Source of the DNA: a virus
Direction: 5' to 3' (one strand)
Length of the DNA: 64,000 nt
IMG/VR virus record: IMGVR_UViG_3300041407_000075
Location: 1 to 64,000 of that record
The notes beneath the pieces are model-generated. The model saw only the letters and a program-made list of their open reading frames with translations. It did not search any database and was not told where the DNA came from. A program made the position numbers and the translations under genes. Below are positions 19,842-30,088 of this stretch, one piece after another; the stretch's first letter is position 1, and every line of letters starts with the position of its first letter.

Positions 19842-20148
19842 CGATGCCAACATTAGGATCAACAACCTATGGGAGCGACTCTGTTTGGGTATGCTCTCTT
19901 TGATTGTTAGTGCATTATTCCTAACTTACCAAGCTCAACGAGCAGACTTCAAAGGTCTTGAAGAAAAAGTTCTCACGATGCAGACAGGTAAGGTAAACCG
20001 GGAAGATCTTCGAGAGGTAGAGAACAGGTTGAACAACAAGATTGATGCCAGTATCTCTGACCTAATTGCAAGAAGCGCAGCAGACAAACAAGAGATTATT
20101 CGTACCATCGAACTCTACTTTGTAGGTGTTAAAAACAAACAACGGTAG
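19831..20148 (+). CDS. membrane-anchored coiled-coil hypothetical protein
   Basis: One TM segment then helical region. Confidence 0.55.
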   Translation: MSNDDANIRINNLWERLCLGMLSLIVSALFLTYQAQRADFKGLEEKVLTMQTGKVNREDLREVENRLNNKIDASISDLIARSAADKQEIIRTIELYFVGVKNKQR

Positions 20149-20157
20149 AGGCATCCA

Positions 20158-20505
20158 ATGATATGGACGATACTTGAAAGGACTATTCACCTACTTACTT
20201 TTGTGCTGTTGGTAGCGATGTTGGCTATCATTATGACTAACAGTAAAAGCTCAGAGGATGTAGGTAACTTCGGTTTGAAGTTGGATGTGGTAAAGCAAGA
20301 GTCTCTGAATGCCATAAAGAATAATGTTGAATACTTTGAAAAACGTATTAACAATGTATCAGAGAAACAAGACAGTTATCAAGTTGGCACAGACCAACGT
20401 GTGTATGTGCTTGAGCAAAGGATGAAAGAATTGCAAGCTGATAAGAAGAATAATCAGAAAGTGGTTCAGAATAATATCCAGACACAGAACAATACAAATA
20501 ATTAA
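20158..20505 (+). CDS. membrane-anchored coiled-coil hypothetical protein
   Basis: N-terminal TM segment; SD GAGG. Confidence 0.55.
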   Translation: MIWTILERTIHLLTFVLLVAMLAIIMTNSKSSEDVGNFGLKLDVVKQESLNAIKNNVEYFEKRINNVSEKQDSYQVGTDQRVYVLEQRMKELQADKKNNQKVVQNNIQTQNNTNN

Positions 20506-20568
20506 AGCTAAGAATAAGAAGCCACTAGGCACACAGGCTACGCCATTAGCCTTATTTCAGATATGTTT

Positions 20569-20605
20569 AAGCCCCGAGGACGTGAGTCTTTCGGGGCTTT
20601 CTTTT
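20569..20605 (+). terminator. intrinsic terminator at convergence of late and replication modules
   Basis: AAGCCCCGA...TCGGGGCTT followed by TCTTTT. Confidence 0.85.
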
Positions 20606-20614
20606 GTCTAAATT

Positions 20615-20806
20615 TTATTCAGTTGTCTTAGATGCAACCTCAAATATAGTCTTCTCACTTCTCTGTGCTATTGGTTTCTCTTTAACAAGTGGAACTTGCA
20701 AGATCTGTTTCTGTTTAAACACCTCACTCTGTAGGTACGTATACCCACAGACTAGTACAACAACCAGAAGGAGCAAGCCAGCAATTAGATCTTCATAACC
20801 TTTCAT
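20615..20806 (-). CDS. small membrane protein
   Basis: One TM segment; SD GAGG. Confidence 0.55.
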   Translation of the reverse strand: MKGYEDLIAGLLLLVVVLVCGYTYLQSEVFKQKQILQVPLVKEKPIAQRSEKTIFEVASKTTE

Positions 20807-20816
20807 GTTTTAATCC

Positions 20817-21128
20817 TCATGGATAACGAATATACTTAACTTTCTTAGACTTCTCAACAGCCTTTTGACGAGCTGCTTCTTGTTTATCATTCTCTACTAG
20901 TTCGAGCAAGCTGTCAATAATCTTCTTGGCTCTTTCTAAAGATCCATAAGGACCAAATTCCTTAGTGAAAACCTCTTTGCTCATAGAATCAGTATAGCCC
21001 ATCCAATCAAGTTTCAACCGTGCAGGATACCAAGACAGAGAATCCTGCCAGACATGTACTTCGGCTGTGTATCCTGTGATTTCGATTCCATCATATGTTT
21101 TAGTAATTTGTTTAATTCGTGTTTTCAT
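20817..21128 (-). CDS. hypothetical protein
   Basis: Probable start MKTRIKQ after SD AAGGAG. Confidence 0.55.
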   Translation of the reverse strand: MKTRIKQITKTYDGIEITGYTAEVHVWQDSLSWYPARLKLDWMGYTDSMSKEVFTKEFGPYGSLERAKKIIDSLLELVENDKQEAARQKAVEKSKKVKYIRYP

Positions 21129-21453
21129 CTTCTTTCTCCTTATTATCTTCTTTGTAGATTTCTGCACTATGAACAGCATCACACCATAAAGTTGGGAGGG
21201 CGTCTTTCAATTCTTTTAGATTATTAATCAAGACATCAAGCTTTTCAATTCTTTTCTGTACATCCGAATCCTTGTAAATATTAAAATCTAGGTATATTTT
21301 CTTTGTGCAATCACCCAACTGAACTTCTGCATCCACACGAGGCTCTGTGTCATACTGCTCCATCTTTTCCAGAAGTGGAGTTGATGCTGTGACGACAATA
21401 AAACCTGTTTCGTCTGGTGAATCTGATAGGAATTGCTTTTTGGTTAACCTCAC
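21112..21453 (-). CDS. hypothetical protein
   Basis: GTG start with SD GGAG; operon packing. Confidence 0.6.
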   Translation of the reverse strand: MRLTKKQFLSDSPDETGFIVVTASTPLLEKMEQYDTEPRVDAEVQLGDCTKKIYLDFNIYKDSDVQKRIEKLDVLINNLKELKDALPTLWCDAVHSAEIYKEDNKEKEDENTN

Positions 21454-21458
21454 TTAAA

Positions 21459-21764
21459 TTACTCCAAATCAAGTTCATATTCAAAGAAGAAACAATCAGA
21501 GCTTGCTCCATCGCGTCGTACCCATATAGTAGTTCCGTTTGGCTCTACGTAAGCTACCACACCAGACATTGCCCTGTTAAAACCGCACTGGTCGTTACCC
21601 TTAACACGATCACCAATCTTCAAAACTTTAACTTCTGGTTTTGGTGTCAATTTGATCACTTCCATTTCCAGTAATGAAATCTTATCAAGGAGGTCTTCTC
21701 GGTCATTATCATACACCTTAGGCCTATTAAAACGTGACATAAATTTAGCTACCGGGTTCTTCAT
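21459..21764 (-). CDS. hypothetical protein
   Basis: SD GGAG; first gene after promoter at 21817-21845. Confidence 0.6.
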   Translation of the reverse strand: MKNPVAKFMSRFNRPKVYDNDREDLLDKISLLEMEVIKLTPKPEVKVLKIGDRVKGNDQCGFNRAMSGVVAYVEPNGTTIWVRRDGASSDCFFFEYELDLE

Positions 21765-21816
21765 TTTAAATTCTCCACAAAGAAAAAGACCACAAGCATC
21801 TCTGCCTATGGTCTGT

Positions 21817-21845
21817 AGTTTAGGCTTCTTTCAAAGCTGTGTCAA
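21817..21845 (-). promoter_or_regulatory. sigma70-type promoter
   Basis: TTGACA-17bp-TAAACT on minus strand. Confidence 0.75.
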
Positions 21846-21855
21846 ATTTTATTTT

Positions 21856-22863
21856 CTATGCTGCAAGATGGAGATATTTTGAGTAGTCAATCTTACCGGG
21901 CAAACCGCCGTGTGAATAGTCCGTGATTTTTTTCTCAAAAAAGTTACCATGCTTCGAACCGGACAACACCCACTCCATCCATTCCAAAGGATTCTTACCA
22001 ACGTCCTTCATCGAACGAAGCTCCAACTGATACTCACGGAACTCACAGAGATAGGTAATATAGTCCTTCATCTCTTCGGCTGTCATACCTTCAGAACCGC
22101 CCATCTCATACACCAGATCAATGAACTTGTGTTCTGCTTTCTTGTAAGCGTCCACAAAAGATAGAATACAACGATCAAGTGCAGCATTCTCAAGTTCAGA
22201 CAGAGATTTACGAGCTTCCTTCAGAGCACGAATATTGTTCGTTACATGCTCCTGTTCGTCTTTCAATGACCACTCGTTTACATCGTTAAACCCAATCAAG
22301 ATCCCGTGACGACACATGTTCAGAAGTGTAGCAAAAGCAGCAAACAAACCAATACCTTCACCAAGAAGAATCTGTGCAAGCAGTACAGAAGTCTTCAACT
22401 CTTCAGATGAACCCTCTGGCGTCATATCTGCACTCATAACATCAAGTTTATCTACCATCTCAACATAGTCTGCAAATGCAATCCAGTCTTGGTCAGAGAA
22501 ACCGAAGGTCTCAGCACACAAAGCATATGCACGCTGGTGGACAACTTCCCGTGCTGCAAAGGTAAGGAACATATTCCGAATTTCATTGTTCTTTACATGG
22601 GCCATCAACTTTGTATAACCAGCACCAACAGTCCGATCCATCTCAGTAAACAAACAAAGAGTTCGATCAAGGATATTCTTGTTCTGTTCATGACTTACAG
22701 TCTGTGTTGCTAGTCCGTTCTTACTGAAGTACTGCTGAGTATCATCTTGAAGATTAACCTGATGGATGTCCCAATACATCTCAATACTGTGTTTCTGTGC
22801 TGCTTCGACTGCCCAACTATATTGGAAAGGTCGATAAGACTTACTCTCTTCAAAAATACTCAT
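21856..22863 (-). CDS. nrdB: ribonucleotide reductase class Ia beta subunit
   Basis: YRPFQYSWA, FAAREVVHQRAY (radical Tyr), EGIGLF, WSLKDEQEH, NFFEK. Confidence 0.95.
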   Translation of the reverse strand: MSIFEESKSYRPFQYSWAVEAAQKHSIEMYWDIHQVNLQDDTQQYFSKNGLATQTVSHEQNKNILDRTLCLFTEMDRTVGAGYTKLMAHVKNNEIRNMFLTFAAREVVHQRAYALCAETFGFSDQDWIAFADYVEMVDKLDVMSADMTPEGSSEELKTSVLLAQILLGEGIGLFAAFATLLNMCRHGILIGFNDVNEWSLKDEQEHVTNNIRALKEARKSLSELENAALDRCILSFVDAYKKAEHKFIDLVYEMGGSEGMTAEEMKDYITYLCEFREYQLELRSMKDVGKNPLEWMEWVLSGSKHGNFFEKKITDYSHGGLPGKIDYSKYLHLAA

Positions 22864-24723
22864 TCAACCCTCGCATGCTTTACATTCATCGTAAACAATA
22901 GTTTTACGCACTGGGACACTGTTCAAAGGCAGCTTACCACCTACCCCTACACTTGCCTTGGCTACGCCTTTAGTGCGGCAATAGTATAAGCTTTTTACGC
23001 CAGAAGCCCAAGCTTTTACGTGAATATCTGACATCTCTTCCATCGTAATATCTTTAGGTACAAAGAGGTTCAAGCTTTGACTTTGACAAACAAACTTCTG
23101 ACGAATCGCTGCCAATTCAACAATCCACATTGGGTCAATCTCGTAAGCAGTTTTGAATACCAGCTTCTCTTCAGAAGTCAAGCAATCCAGATGTTGTACG
23201 CTGCCTTCTGTCTCAACAATCGACTTCCAAATCTCAGGCGTATTAAATCCTTTCTCTTCAAGCAACTTCTCAAGGTATTTATTCTTGATTAGGAAGTTAC
23301 CAGCCCGTCCCTGTGCGTTGAAAGCGCATCCACTCCAAGGCTCAATGCTTGGACTTACATCAATCAGACTACTTGAGCTGGCGTTGGGTGCAATAGCGAA
23401 CAAATGACTATTACGCATACCACTACCACGAGTATCTGGTGACTCTCCCCGTTCTTTACCAAGTTGTAAACTCTCAGCAATACCTTGACGCTCGATATTA
23501 GAATGAATCATTGATACGTGTTGTGCTGCACTATTGAAGCCACCCGATTCAAAAGGAATCATCTTACTTTGCAAGTAAGAATGCCAGCCCAGCGAACCAA
23601 TTCCGATTGCTCTTTCTTTAGAGGCGGAGTAGACAGCCCGTTTCAACTCTGGTGGTGCCAAACGAATAAAGTATTCAAGCACGTTATCCAGCAAACGAAC
23701 CAAGTCAGCAACCAAACCCTTGTCTTTCCATTCATCGTACATCTCAAGATTCAAACTACTTAGGCAGCAAACAGCAGTTCGTTTATCCGATGTCATGAGC
23801 GTTACTTCACTACAAAGATTACTTTGACTTACATGGTACAAAGGACGTTTAATCCAAGGACGAATATTACGATTAACAGTGTCCTTAAACAACATATAGG
23901 GCTCACCAGTATCATAACGCAAGGTTAGCAACTCTTCCCACACTTCGCGAGCTGGCAACATACGTCCCGTTGGACCATGCTTTGGATCTACCAATTCATA
24001 ATCTTCACCTTTAATCATAGACATCATAAAAGAGTCTGGGATATTCAAGGCGTTGTTCAAGTTAAAACATTTGTGATTCTGATCACCACCAACAGGATTA
24101 CGCATTTCAATAAATGGCTTAACTTCTGGATGATCAATATCCAAGTAAGCTGCCATCGAACCTCGACGTGAAGCTGTTTGTTTATACGCCAATGTATCAG
24201 CATCATACCCAGCCAAGTGAGCCATTACCCCAGTAGACTTTTCATCTGGTGAACGATTAGATGCCCAAATACCGACACCACCGCCCATCATTGAAAGCCA
24301 TTCTGCTTCACTACGAGCCTCTACCAAACCTTTCTTAGTGTCTGGAATCTTAGATAAGAAGCAAGAAATAGGCATTCCATCAGGGTCTACGTTCTCTGCC
24401 AACCAATCAGAAGCCTCTTCAAATTGATCTTTACCAAATGTAGGCCATTCAATATCTACAGCATTGCTCAGCACCGGGCTTGCAAAAGTAAACCATTTGT
24501 TACTTACAGCATGGTAGATACGTTCTGCAAACTCGTAGTCTCCGAAAGAGTAACATGTAGCAGCACGAGCAAAAGACTCTTGTGGACTGTTTTCATGATC
24601 TTTCTTGTAAAAGCCCTTACGGGTTAACATAGCCTTACCCTGTTCAGGGATCAGGTTGTCTCGTGCGTAATCAATGTAAATCCCCAGATATTCTTTTAGT
24701 GTATCTTCGTCAACTTCTTTCAA
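22864..24723 (-). CDS. nrdA: ribonucleotide reductase class I alpha subunit (no ATP cone)
   Basis: PISCF, RRGSMAAYL, SNLCSE, AIAPNASSS, KSLYY, C-terminal CKACEG. Confidence 0.95.
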   Translation of the reverse strand: MKEVDEDTLKEYLGIYIDYARDNLIPEQGKAMLTRKGFYKKDHENSPQESFARAATCYSFGDYEFAERIYHAVSNKWFTFASPVLSNAVDIEWPTFGKDQFEEASDWLAENVDPDGMPISCFLSKIPDTKKGLVEARSEAEWLSMMGGGVGIWASNRSPDEKSTGVMAHLAGYDADTLAYKQTASRRGSMAAYLDIDHPEVKPFIEMRNPVGGDQNHKCFNLNNALNIPDSFMMSMIKGEDYELVDPKHGPTGRMLPAREVWEELLTLRYDTGEPYMLFKDTVNRNIRPWIKRPLYHVSQSNLCSEVTLMTSDKRTAVCCLSSLNLEMYDEWKDKGLVADLVRLLDNVLEYFIRLAPPELKRAVYSASKERAIGIGSLGWHSYLQSKMIPFESGGFNSAAQHVSMIHSNIERQGIAESLQLGKERGESPDTRGSGMRNSHLFAIAPNASSSSLIDVSPSIEPWSGCAFNAQGRAGNFLIKNKYLEKLLEEKGFNTPEIWKSIVETEGSVQHLDCLTSEEKLVFKTAYEIDPMWIVELAAIRQKFVCQSQSLNLFVPKDITMEEMSDIHVKAWASGVKSLYYCRTKGVAKASVGVGGKLPLNSVPVRKTIVYDECKACEG

Positions 24724-24735
24724 ACCCCAATCTCC

Positions 24736-25101
24736 TTAATTAGCGTGTCGTTCAAGTTCAGACACAATGTGTGCCGTATTACTATAATTCTTACCCATGT
24801 TCATCAACTGAATACGTAGGTCTAGGTCACAATTAGCCACGATATTTTCCCAGCTGCTTGCCCCAGACTTCAGCCAGTTAATATCGGACCTTTCAATTCC
24901 TACAAATCGTTCACAGCTTACAATATTCCCACGCAAATTACGATGCTTAGAATACTCAAGTGTGTATGGCTCTTCTACATCAATGCCATTATCAAAAAGA
25001 ATCTTTTCAAGAGTTGCTTTATCATCACTACCGAAAGCAGCTTTGAAATTATCAATTAGAAGCAAATCACTAATGCTCAACACATGTCCGATACCACTCA
25101 T
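24736..25101 (-). CDS. hypothetical protein
   Basis: ORF in operon with overlapping start/stop. Confidence 0.65.
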   Translation of the reverse strand: MSGIGHVLSISDLLLIDNFKAAFGSDDKATLEKILFDNGIDVEEPYTLEYSKHRNLRGNIVSCERFVGIERSDINWLKSGASSWENIVANCDLDLRIQLMNMGKNYSNTAHIVSELERHAN

Positions 25102-25295
25102 ACTTCTACCCCATTAGTCAAATCTTCTTGAAAGTATTCAAATGCCGAAACATCATTATTTAGTGCCAGTTCAATATCTTCGATAGTGTCAACAATGTAC
25201 CGGCTTGATTCTGAGATTGACATACCAAGTCGTACCATATACAGATTCTGAAGTTCTTGGATAAAGTTGGAAATTGTGTATTCGTTATTAATCAT
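25098..25295 (-). CDS. hypothetical protein
   Basis: SD GAGGAG; operon packing. Confidence 0.55.
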   Translation of the reverse strand: MINNEYTISNFIQELQNLYMVRLGMSISESSRYIVDTIEDIELALNNDVSAFEYFQEDLTNGVEV

Positions 25296-25297
25296 TT

Positions 25298-26173
25298 TTA
25301 TTTCTCCTCAACGTAAATGTATTCTGCACCTTGTTCCAAAATCTTACGATACTGCATCCATGAATCTTCTGTATGGAAATTACCACTCATCTCAAAATCC
25401 CCATTTCTTGCCCGGGCTTGATGTTCCGTAGGGCTAAAGTGTGGTGGATCTTCTTTATATTTCCCGTACTCTGGAAGGTTTAGCATACCATAAATCTTCT
25501 TAGCTTTCTCAAGAGTATCGTCTAATTTACGATAACTTACTTGTCCACAGCAAGATGCAGAAATCATCAAAGCATCTTTAAGTGGAATACCACAATCTTT
25601 CAACCAATAACCATCTCCGAAGTAAGGCATATGCCAATCATCAGGACCAAGTTGTGCAATACTGCTGTCTTTGATCGCATCGCTCATCTCAACCGCCAGT
25701 GCCCTAATCTCTGGTTGAGCATCTTTGTGTAGACGTAAATCAAAGAATGCTTGCCAAGCTTTATATGTTGCAGTAGTTACACCTTTTGTCCACATGAAAG
25801 GTTCAAGAAGACGGTTAACAATTTGTTTATGGTAACCCTGAGCATTCAGTGTTTCTGCTCTACTGGCTGCTTCAAGTGCTGCGCCCATCCACTGATATTG
25901 ACCTTGTCCGAAAGCATCCCAGCTGGCTACTTCTTCGTTAGCAACCATCCCCGGCTCATTCTTACCCCAGTGTACAGGAAGTGCCGGGTTATTACGAACT
26001 TGATCAATCATTTGTTTTACAGGCACAGCACGAGAACTTTGAAAGTTACGGCTAGGACTTCGATGAGTGTTGAATTCAGGAAGCACAAAACGATGAAGTT
26101 CAATTTCAAGTGTGATTAACCGACTACCTTCAAACATACTATCTGCAATTACTTTAGCTGATGGACTACTCAA
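25298..26173 (-). CDS. thyX: flavin-dependent thymidylate synthase
   Basis: EFNTHR.SRN.QSSRA, HKQIVNRLLEPF, FFDLRLHKDAQPEI, HFSPTEH. Confidence 0.9.
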   Translation of the reverse strand: MSSPSAKVIADSMFEGSRLITLEIELHRFVLPEFNTHRSPSRNFQSSRAVPVKQMIDQVRNNPALPVHWGKNEPGMVANEEVASWDAFGQGQYQWMGAALEAASRAETLNAQGYHKQIVNRLLEPFMWTKGVTTATYKAWQAFFDLRLHKDAQPEIRALAVEMSDAIKDSSIAQLGPDDWHMPYFGDGYWLKDCGIPLKDALMISASCCGQVSYRKLDDTLEKAKKIYGMLNLPEYGKYKEDPPHFSPTEHQARARNGDFEMSGNFHTEDSWMQYRKILEQGAEYIYVEEK

Positions 26174-26338
26174 CTTGCTTCTCCTTACTATTCAAATACT
26201 CTTCAACTTCTTTCCAACTAATGTCTGGAAAGTACACGTACATCATGCCAGATTTAGCTAAGTTTGTATAGTCTTCTTTCGATTTTATAATGTCTTGCCA
26301 AACAAGCTTTGGTCGTTGTGTTGGTACAACTGCTGTGA

Positions 26339-26770
26339 TCATTTACCACTACTCCCAAACCCACCCTCTCCACGGACAGTCTCACTCAAACTATCCACTT
26401 CCTCAAACATCACTTTCTGATAAGGAATCACCATCCCTTGTGCAATTCGATCACCAGCGTTAACCTCAAGTCCCCAACCTTGTTTATCACAAGACAACTT
26501 GACTTTAAGCTCTCCTCGGTAGTCTGAATCAATTACACCAACACAATTGCTTAGACGTACATCATTCTTGAACCCATGACCACTTCGACTAAAGATTAGC
26601 ATTACATGATTTTCTGGAATTTCAAATGCAAGGCCAGTTGAATAAGTATGTGGTGCATTATAGTCTGTATCACCATTTAGCATTGTGTAGATATCAAAAC
26701 AACCGCTGCCATCTGTTGCGTAGGTTGGAAGCTTAGCGGATTCGTACAGACGTTTTACTTTGACTTTCAA
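26339..26770 (-). CDS. dut: trimeric dUTPase
   Basis: SGCFD, SRSG, GVIDSDYRGE, GDRIAQ, RGEGGFGSSG. Confidence 0.95.
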   Translation of the reverse strand: MKVKVKRLYESAKLPTYATDGSGCFDIYTMLNGDTDYNAPHTYSTGLAFEIPENHVMLIFSRSGHGFKNDVRLSNCVGVIDSDYRGELKVKLSCDKQGWGLEVNAGDRIAQGMVIPYQKVMFEEVDSLSETVRGEGGFGSSGK

Positions 26771-26921
26771 AATTTACTCCTTAATAAGACTTTTAATTAC
26801 ATCAGCAGTTTTGTTTAGCATTTCTTTATCTTCTTCAAACTCATCACCATACATATCTTGGTGAAGTTCTAACTGTTGCTCTAGAAAGTCAACAATAAGA
26901 TACAAATCATCTTGATCATAT

Positions 26922-27146
26922 TTAATCATAAACAGTCTCTCCTGTAACCTTGTTATTAAAATGACGCCTTACAACATATCCCCTGCCCAAACTCCAAACA
27001 GTACAGAGAATAGTTGTGGAAGTGGCAATCCCAACAGGGGTTGTAAAGAACATCAAACAACCCATCGTAATCAACCAACTCCCTACCATGCCTATTGTAG
27101 TGTTTGTGCAGGTTTCAATCAAGGATTGTTTCTTAGTTTGTTTCAT
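26922..27146 (-). CDS. small phage membrane protein
   Basis: MKQTKKQSLIE...SLGRGYVVRRHFN pattern with two TM segments. Confidence 0.6.
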   Translation of the reverse strand: MKQTKKQSLIETCTNTTIGMVGSWLITMGCLMFFTTPVGIATSTTILCTVWSLGRGYVVRRHFNNKVTGETVYD

Positions 27147-27682
27147 TTAATCTTACCTGTCAACACAAGTTCAAGTTCAGCTAATACGTTGAAAGCGGCG
27201 TGTGCCAAATGAACAATATTACTCTCTTCGTCAGTCCTGTTAATAGCTGCAACACCTTCAGCCTTTTGAATAAATCCTTTCACTCGATGGCGACTAGCAG
27301 CGGCAGAGAATTCAGTCTCAGGGTTTGGAAGACCTTTCCAGTCATGAGGCTTGTAGCCTTTGTTCTCTGCTGCCCATGTCATTACTTTTGCAACTTCATT
27401 GATAGCGTTAGGGAAGCCTGAGTCGAATAGGTCCATTTGGACTTTACCAACTTTACGTTCTTCTAGGATTGGTCGGGCAATAGAGTCTTGACTTACGCTC
27501 AATAGCTCAAGTTCATTTTCATAAAATGCTTCTGGCCCTGTCTCACCTTCAGCGCATATCTCGTAGTCACCGAACAGTGTGTTAGAAACTACATAACCAA
27601 TCCAACCTTCTGCAATAGAGGGTGTGTCACAGATAGCAATTACTTTGTCCCCGATTTTAAACTTCTTACTTACAATCGTCAT
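27143..27682 (-). CDS. dATP/dGTP diphosphohydrolase-like protein (DUF5664) with extra N-terminal domain
   Basis: GKVQMDL, EVAKVMT..A..KGY..DW, AAASRH, DEES..HLAHAAFN. Confidence 0.75.
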   Translation of the reverse strand: MTIVSKKFKIGDKVIAICDTPSIAEGWIGYVVSNTLFGDYEICAEGETGPEAFYENELELLSVSQDSIARPILEERKVGKVQMDLFDSGFPNAINEVAKVMTWAAENKGYKPHDWKGLPNPETEFSAAASRHRVKGFIQKAEGVAAINRTDEESNIVHLAHAAFNVLAELELVLTGKIK

Positions 27683-27928
27683 TCGATACAGCCTCCTTCA
27701 ATCGTTTAATCTGCTCAAGCATATCCGCTTGATGTTGTTTGAGATTATAGATTTCTTTAGTTAAGCTGTCAATCGAATTCTCCAAGCGATTGACAGTGTT
27801 CTTTAGTTTGTAGTCTTCCACTATTTCGCCACCTGCTGCTTCTCTTCCCACATCTTACGACATTGTTCACAATCGGCAGTAGGCTTGCGGATAACTTTAT
27901 ATTGTGGGTGTTTTTTACACTTCATAGT

Positions 27929-28639
27929 TTACGCCTCAATAGTAGCCAATAATTCTTTATTTGGTTCGTCACCGTAGTATTCCTTAGATAACTTGTCGTA
28001 AAGTATGGCAGCTTCTACATCGTCTGTAAAGTTTTTATCTACAATTGTTTTACCTTTAAACACAAGCTTCATTCTCCACTTCTGTGAGAACTTGTGCCAC
28101 ACAACCCCAATAAATCTTGAAGGGTTAGTTGTATTTTTATAGGTAAGTTTACGTCTTCCGTGACTTTGGACACCATTATCAGACCACCTGCAATTATCTT
28201 TACAGTAGTGCCCATTTACATCAACACGGTCAATACTCAATCCATTAGGTGCTTCACCCATATCCTCGAAAAACCTCTGAAAGTCTTCCCAACCATCTAA
28301 GAGTTGAATACCACGACCTCCATAATTCTCCCACTCTTCATTCTCAGGATTGGTGCATCTTTGTTTCATATTAGCCCAAGAGCCATATGTAGCAGTTCCT
28401 GTCATTCCATGAGTTGTGAATCTTTCCTTAACGCCATCAATCATTGCACAACCACAGGAACTGCTAGTACCATTAGTTAGTCGTCGGCCATCCACCTCCC
28501 TGATAACCCCGCACAAGCATTTACAGACATATTTCTTTCTGTTATCCGAGGATTTTTCATCAGACCTATAAAGTACAGACCACCTTCCAAACTGTTGCCC
28601 TGTTAGATCAGTTTTCTTCCCCATAAGATCCTCACACAA
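27929..28639 (-). CDS. HNH homing endonuclease with AP2-like domain
   Basis: DLTGQQFGRW, CxC, SCGC, YGGRGI, SIDRVDVNGHY..NCRW, SRFIGV. Confidence 0.9.
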   Translation of the reverse strand: MCEDLMGKKTDLTGQQFGRWSVLYRSDEKSSDNRKKYVCKCLCGVIREVDGRRLTNGTSSSCGCAMIDGVKERFTTHGMTGTATYGSWANMKQRCTNPENEEWENYGGRGIQLLDGWEDFQRFFEDMGEAPNGLSIDRVDVNGHYCKDNCRWSDNGVQSHGRRKLTYKNTTNPSRFIGVVWHKFSQKWRMKLVFKGKTIVDKNFTDDVEAAILYDKLSKEYYGDEPNKELLATIEA

Positions 28640-29549
28640 TGTTTCTCAACAAACTGTCACGCTTAACTTTAGAGAGCAGATTCACACTACCTCGACGTTG
28701 TTGTCCAGTTACAGTGTTACGATAGCGGTCATACTTCCCAAGATTAGAGTAAACAAAACCTTCTTTCACCCACTCTTCGTTGTTACTAGGTTCATCGTCG
28801 TATACGTCAAAGTTAGGAAGCTTTGCGTCCCATGGACTGATAATCAGGTAGAGTTCTTCTAGGCTTAAGATGTCTAGAATATTGTAATCTTCCATCTCAC
28901 AGAAAGCTTCCAAATTACCTTTTAAGCACTCACTCCAAAGCTCGAAACCAGAGAATTTTGCATGTCCTGATTTCTTATATTTTGTGCAAAGTGTGTCCGT
29001 CATATACTGAAGCTTGTTACTTGTAAAACCAAACTGAGACTTTGCAATCTGTAAGACATCGATGTGACGATATGCACTTGGAGGCTTCATTCCATGAATA
29101 ACAAATCTGGCATTTAGCTTTTTCTGATCGAATTTTTTACCATTCTGAGTGATAACAAAATCACACTCATCGAGAAGTTTCCAGATACCTTGTAGAAGTT
29201 CTTTATCATCCTCTACATTCTTAGCATCACGCTGATCTTGATAGTAAATATCATCCTCACCAAGAAACTTCGCAGCCCAGCTCAATACGTGCCAGTCAGA
29301 ATGAATTTGGTTCAGACCAATATTGTTATCCCAAAGCGACCAACAGTAACCAAGCAATGGGGCCGTTTCAATATCATAAATGAGAACTCGTGGACCTTTC
29401 TTTGCAGTCGCCGGTACCGATTTAAACTCTTTACGCAAGTAATCGGAAACAGTTGACTTACTTACATCAAGAAGTTCTGCAATCTTCCTCCAACTCTTGC
29501 CCGTCTTAGCTAGTTCAATTGCCTGTTGTTTCCATTCTACTTCACTCAA
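28632..29549 (-). CDS. RNase H-fold (DnaQ-like) exonuclease with N-terminal HTH
   Basis: SWRKIAELLDVSKSTVSDYL HTH; YDIETAP, NGKKFD, YNILDI exonuclease motifs. Confidence 0.8.
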   Translation of the reverse strand: MSEVEWKQQAIELAKTGKSWRKIAELLDVSKSTVSDYLRKEFKSVPATAKKGPRVLIYDIETAPLLGYCWSLWDNNIGLNQIHSDWHVLSWAAKFLGEDDIYYQDQRDAKNVEDDKELLQGIWKLLDECDFVITQNGKKFDQKKLNARFVIHGMKPPSAYRHIDVLQIAKSQFGFTSNKLQYMTDTLCTKYKKSGHAKFSGFELWSECLKGNLEAFCEMEDYNILDILSLEELYLIISPWDAKLPNFDVYDDEPSNNEEWVKEGFVYSNLGKYDRYRNTVTGQQRRGSVNLLSKVKRDSLLRNIV

Positions 29550-29765
29550 TTAAATCTCTCCCTTCAATTCTAAAATAAGCTGATAAAGCTTGTTATTGAT
29601 GTCAAGCACAGTGTCCAGCGTCTCTTGCTTCTGGTAAACACTGAAAGTATGAAAGTCCCTACTTATGATCTCATTCCGCCCGACCCAGAAGTCTAACTTA
29701 GAGATAGTGTGCTCTATCGAGTTACCTGCGTCTGGTTTCTTTGGAAACATCTCTATAACTGACAT
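29550..29765 (-). CDS. hypothetical protein
   Basis: Probable start MSVIEMFP after SD GGAGG. Confidence 0.5.
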   Translation of the reverse strand: MSVIEMFPKKPDAGNSIEHTISKLDFWVGRNEIISRDFHTFSVYQKQETLDTVLDINNKLYQLILELKGEI

Positions 29766-30088
29766 ATCTAACCTCCGGTTACACACCCAAGACTGAGCAC
29801 CACACATTAAAAAAGACACTAAACTGGATAAATTCACACCAGAAGATTGCTGTCCAATAATTATTCAGAAGCCAATCTTTGATTTCAGGATCAGACGGAT
29901 AATCAATCGTATAATATTTCATTTGAATTGTTCACTCCAGTCTTCTTCTGATGGGGGTATGTTGTCAATAAGATAGGATTCTTGTTTCATGGCTAGTTCA
30001 AGCAATTTATCAAGCTTAAGATTAAGCGTAGAAATTTGAATAGTTAATTCCTGATAGGATTCAAGGTTGGACATCTTAGTTTTGTCAG

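Noticed and set aside
20506-20568. Possible small RNA hairpin AGGCTA-CGCCAT-TAGCCT before the late terminator
   Set aside because: A 6-bp stem alone is too little evidence without conservation data
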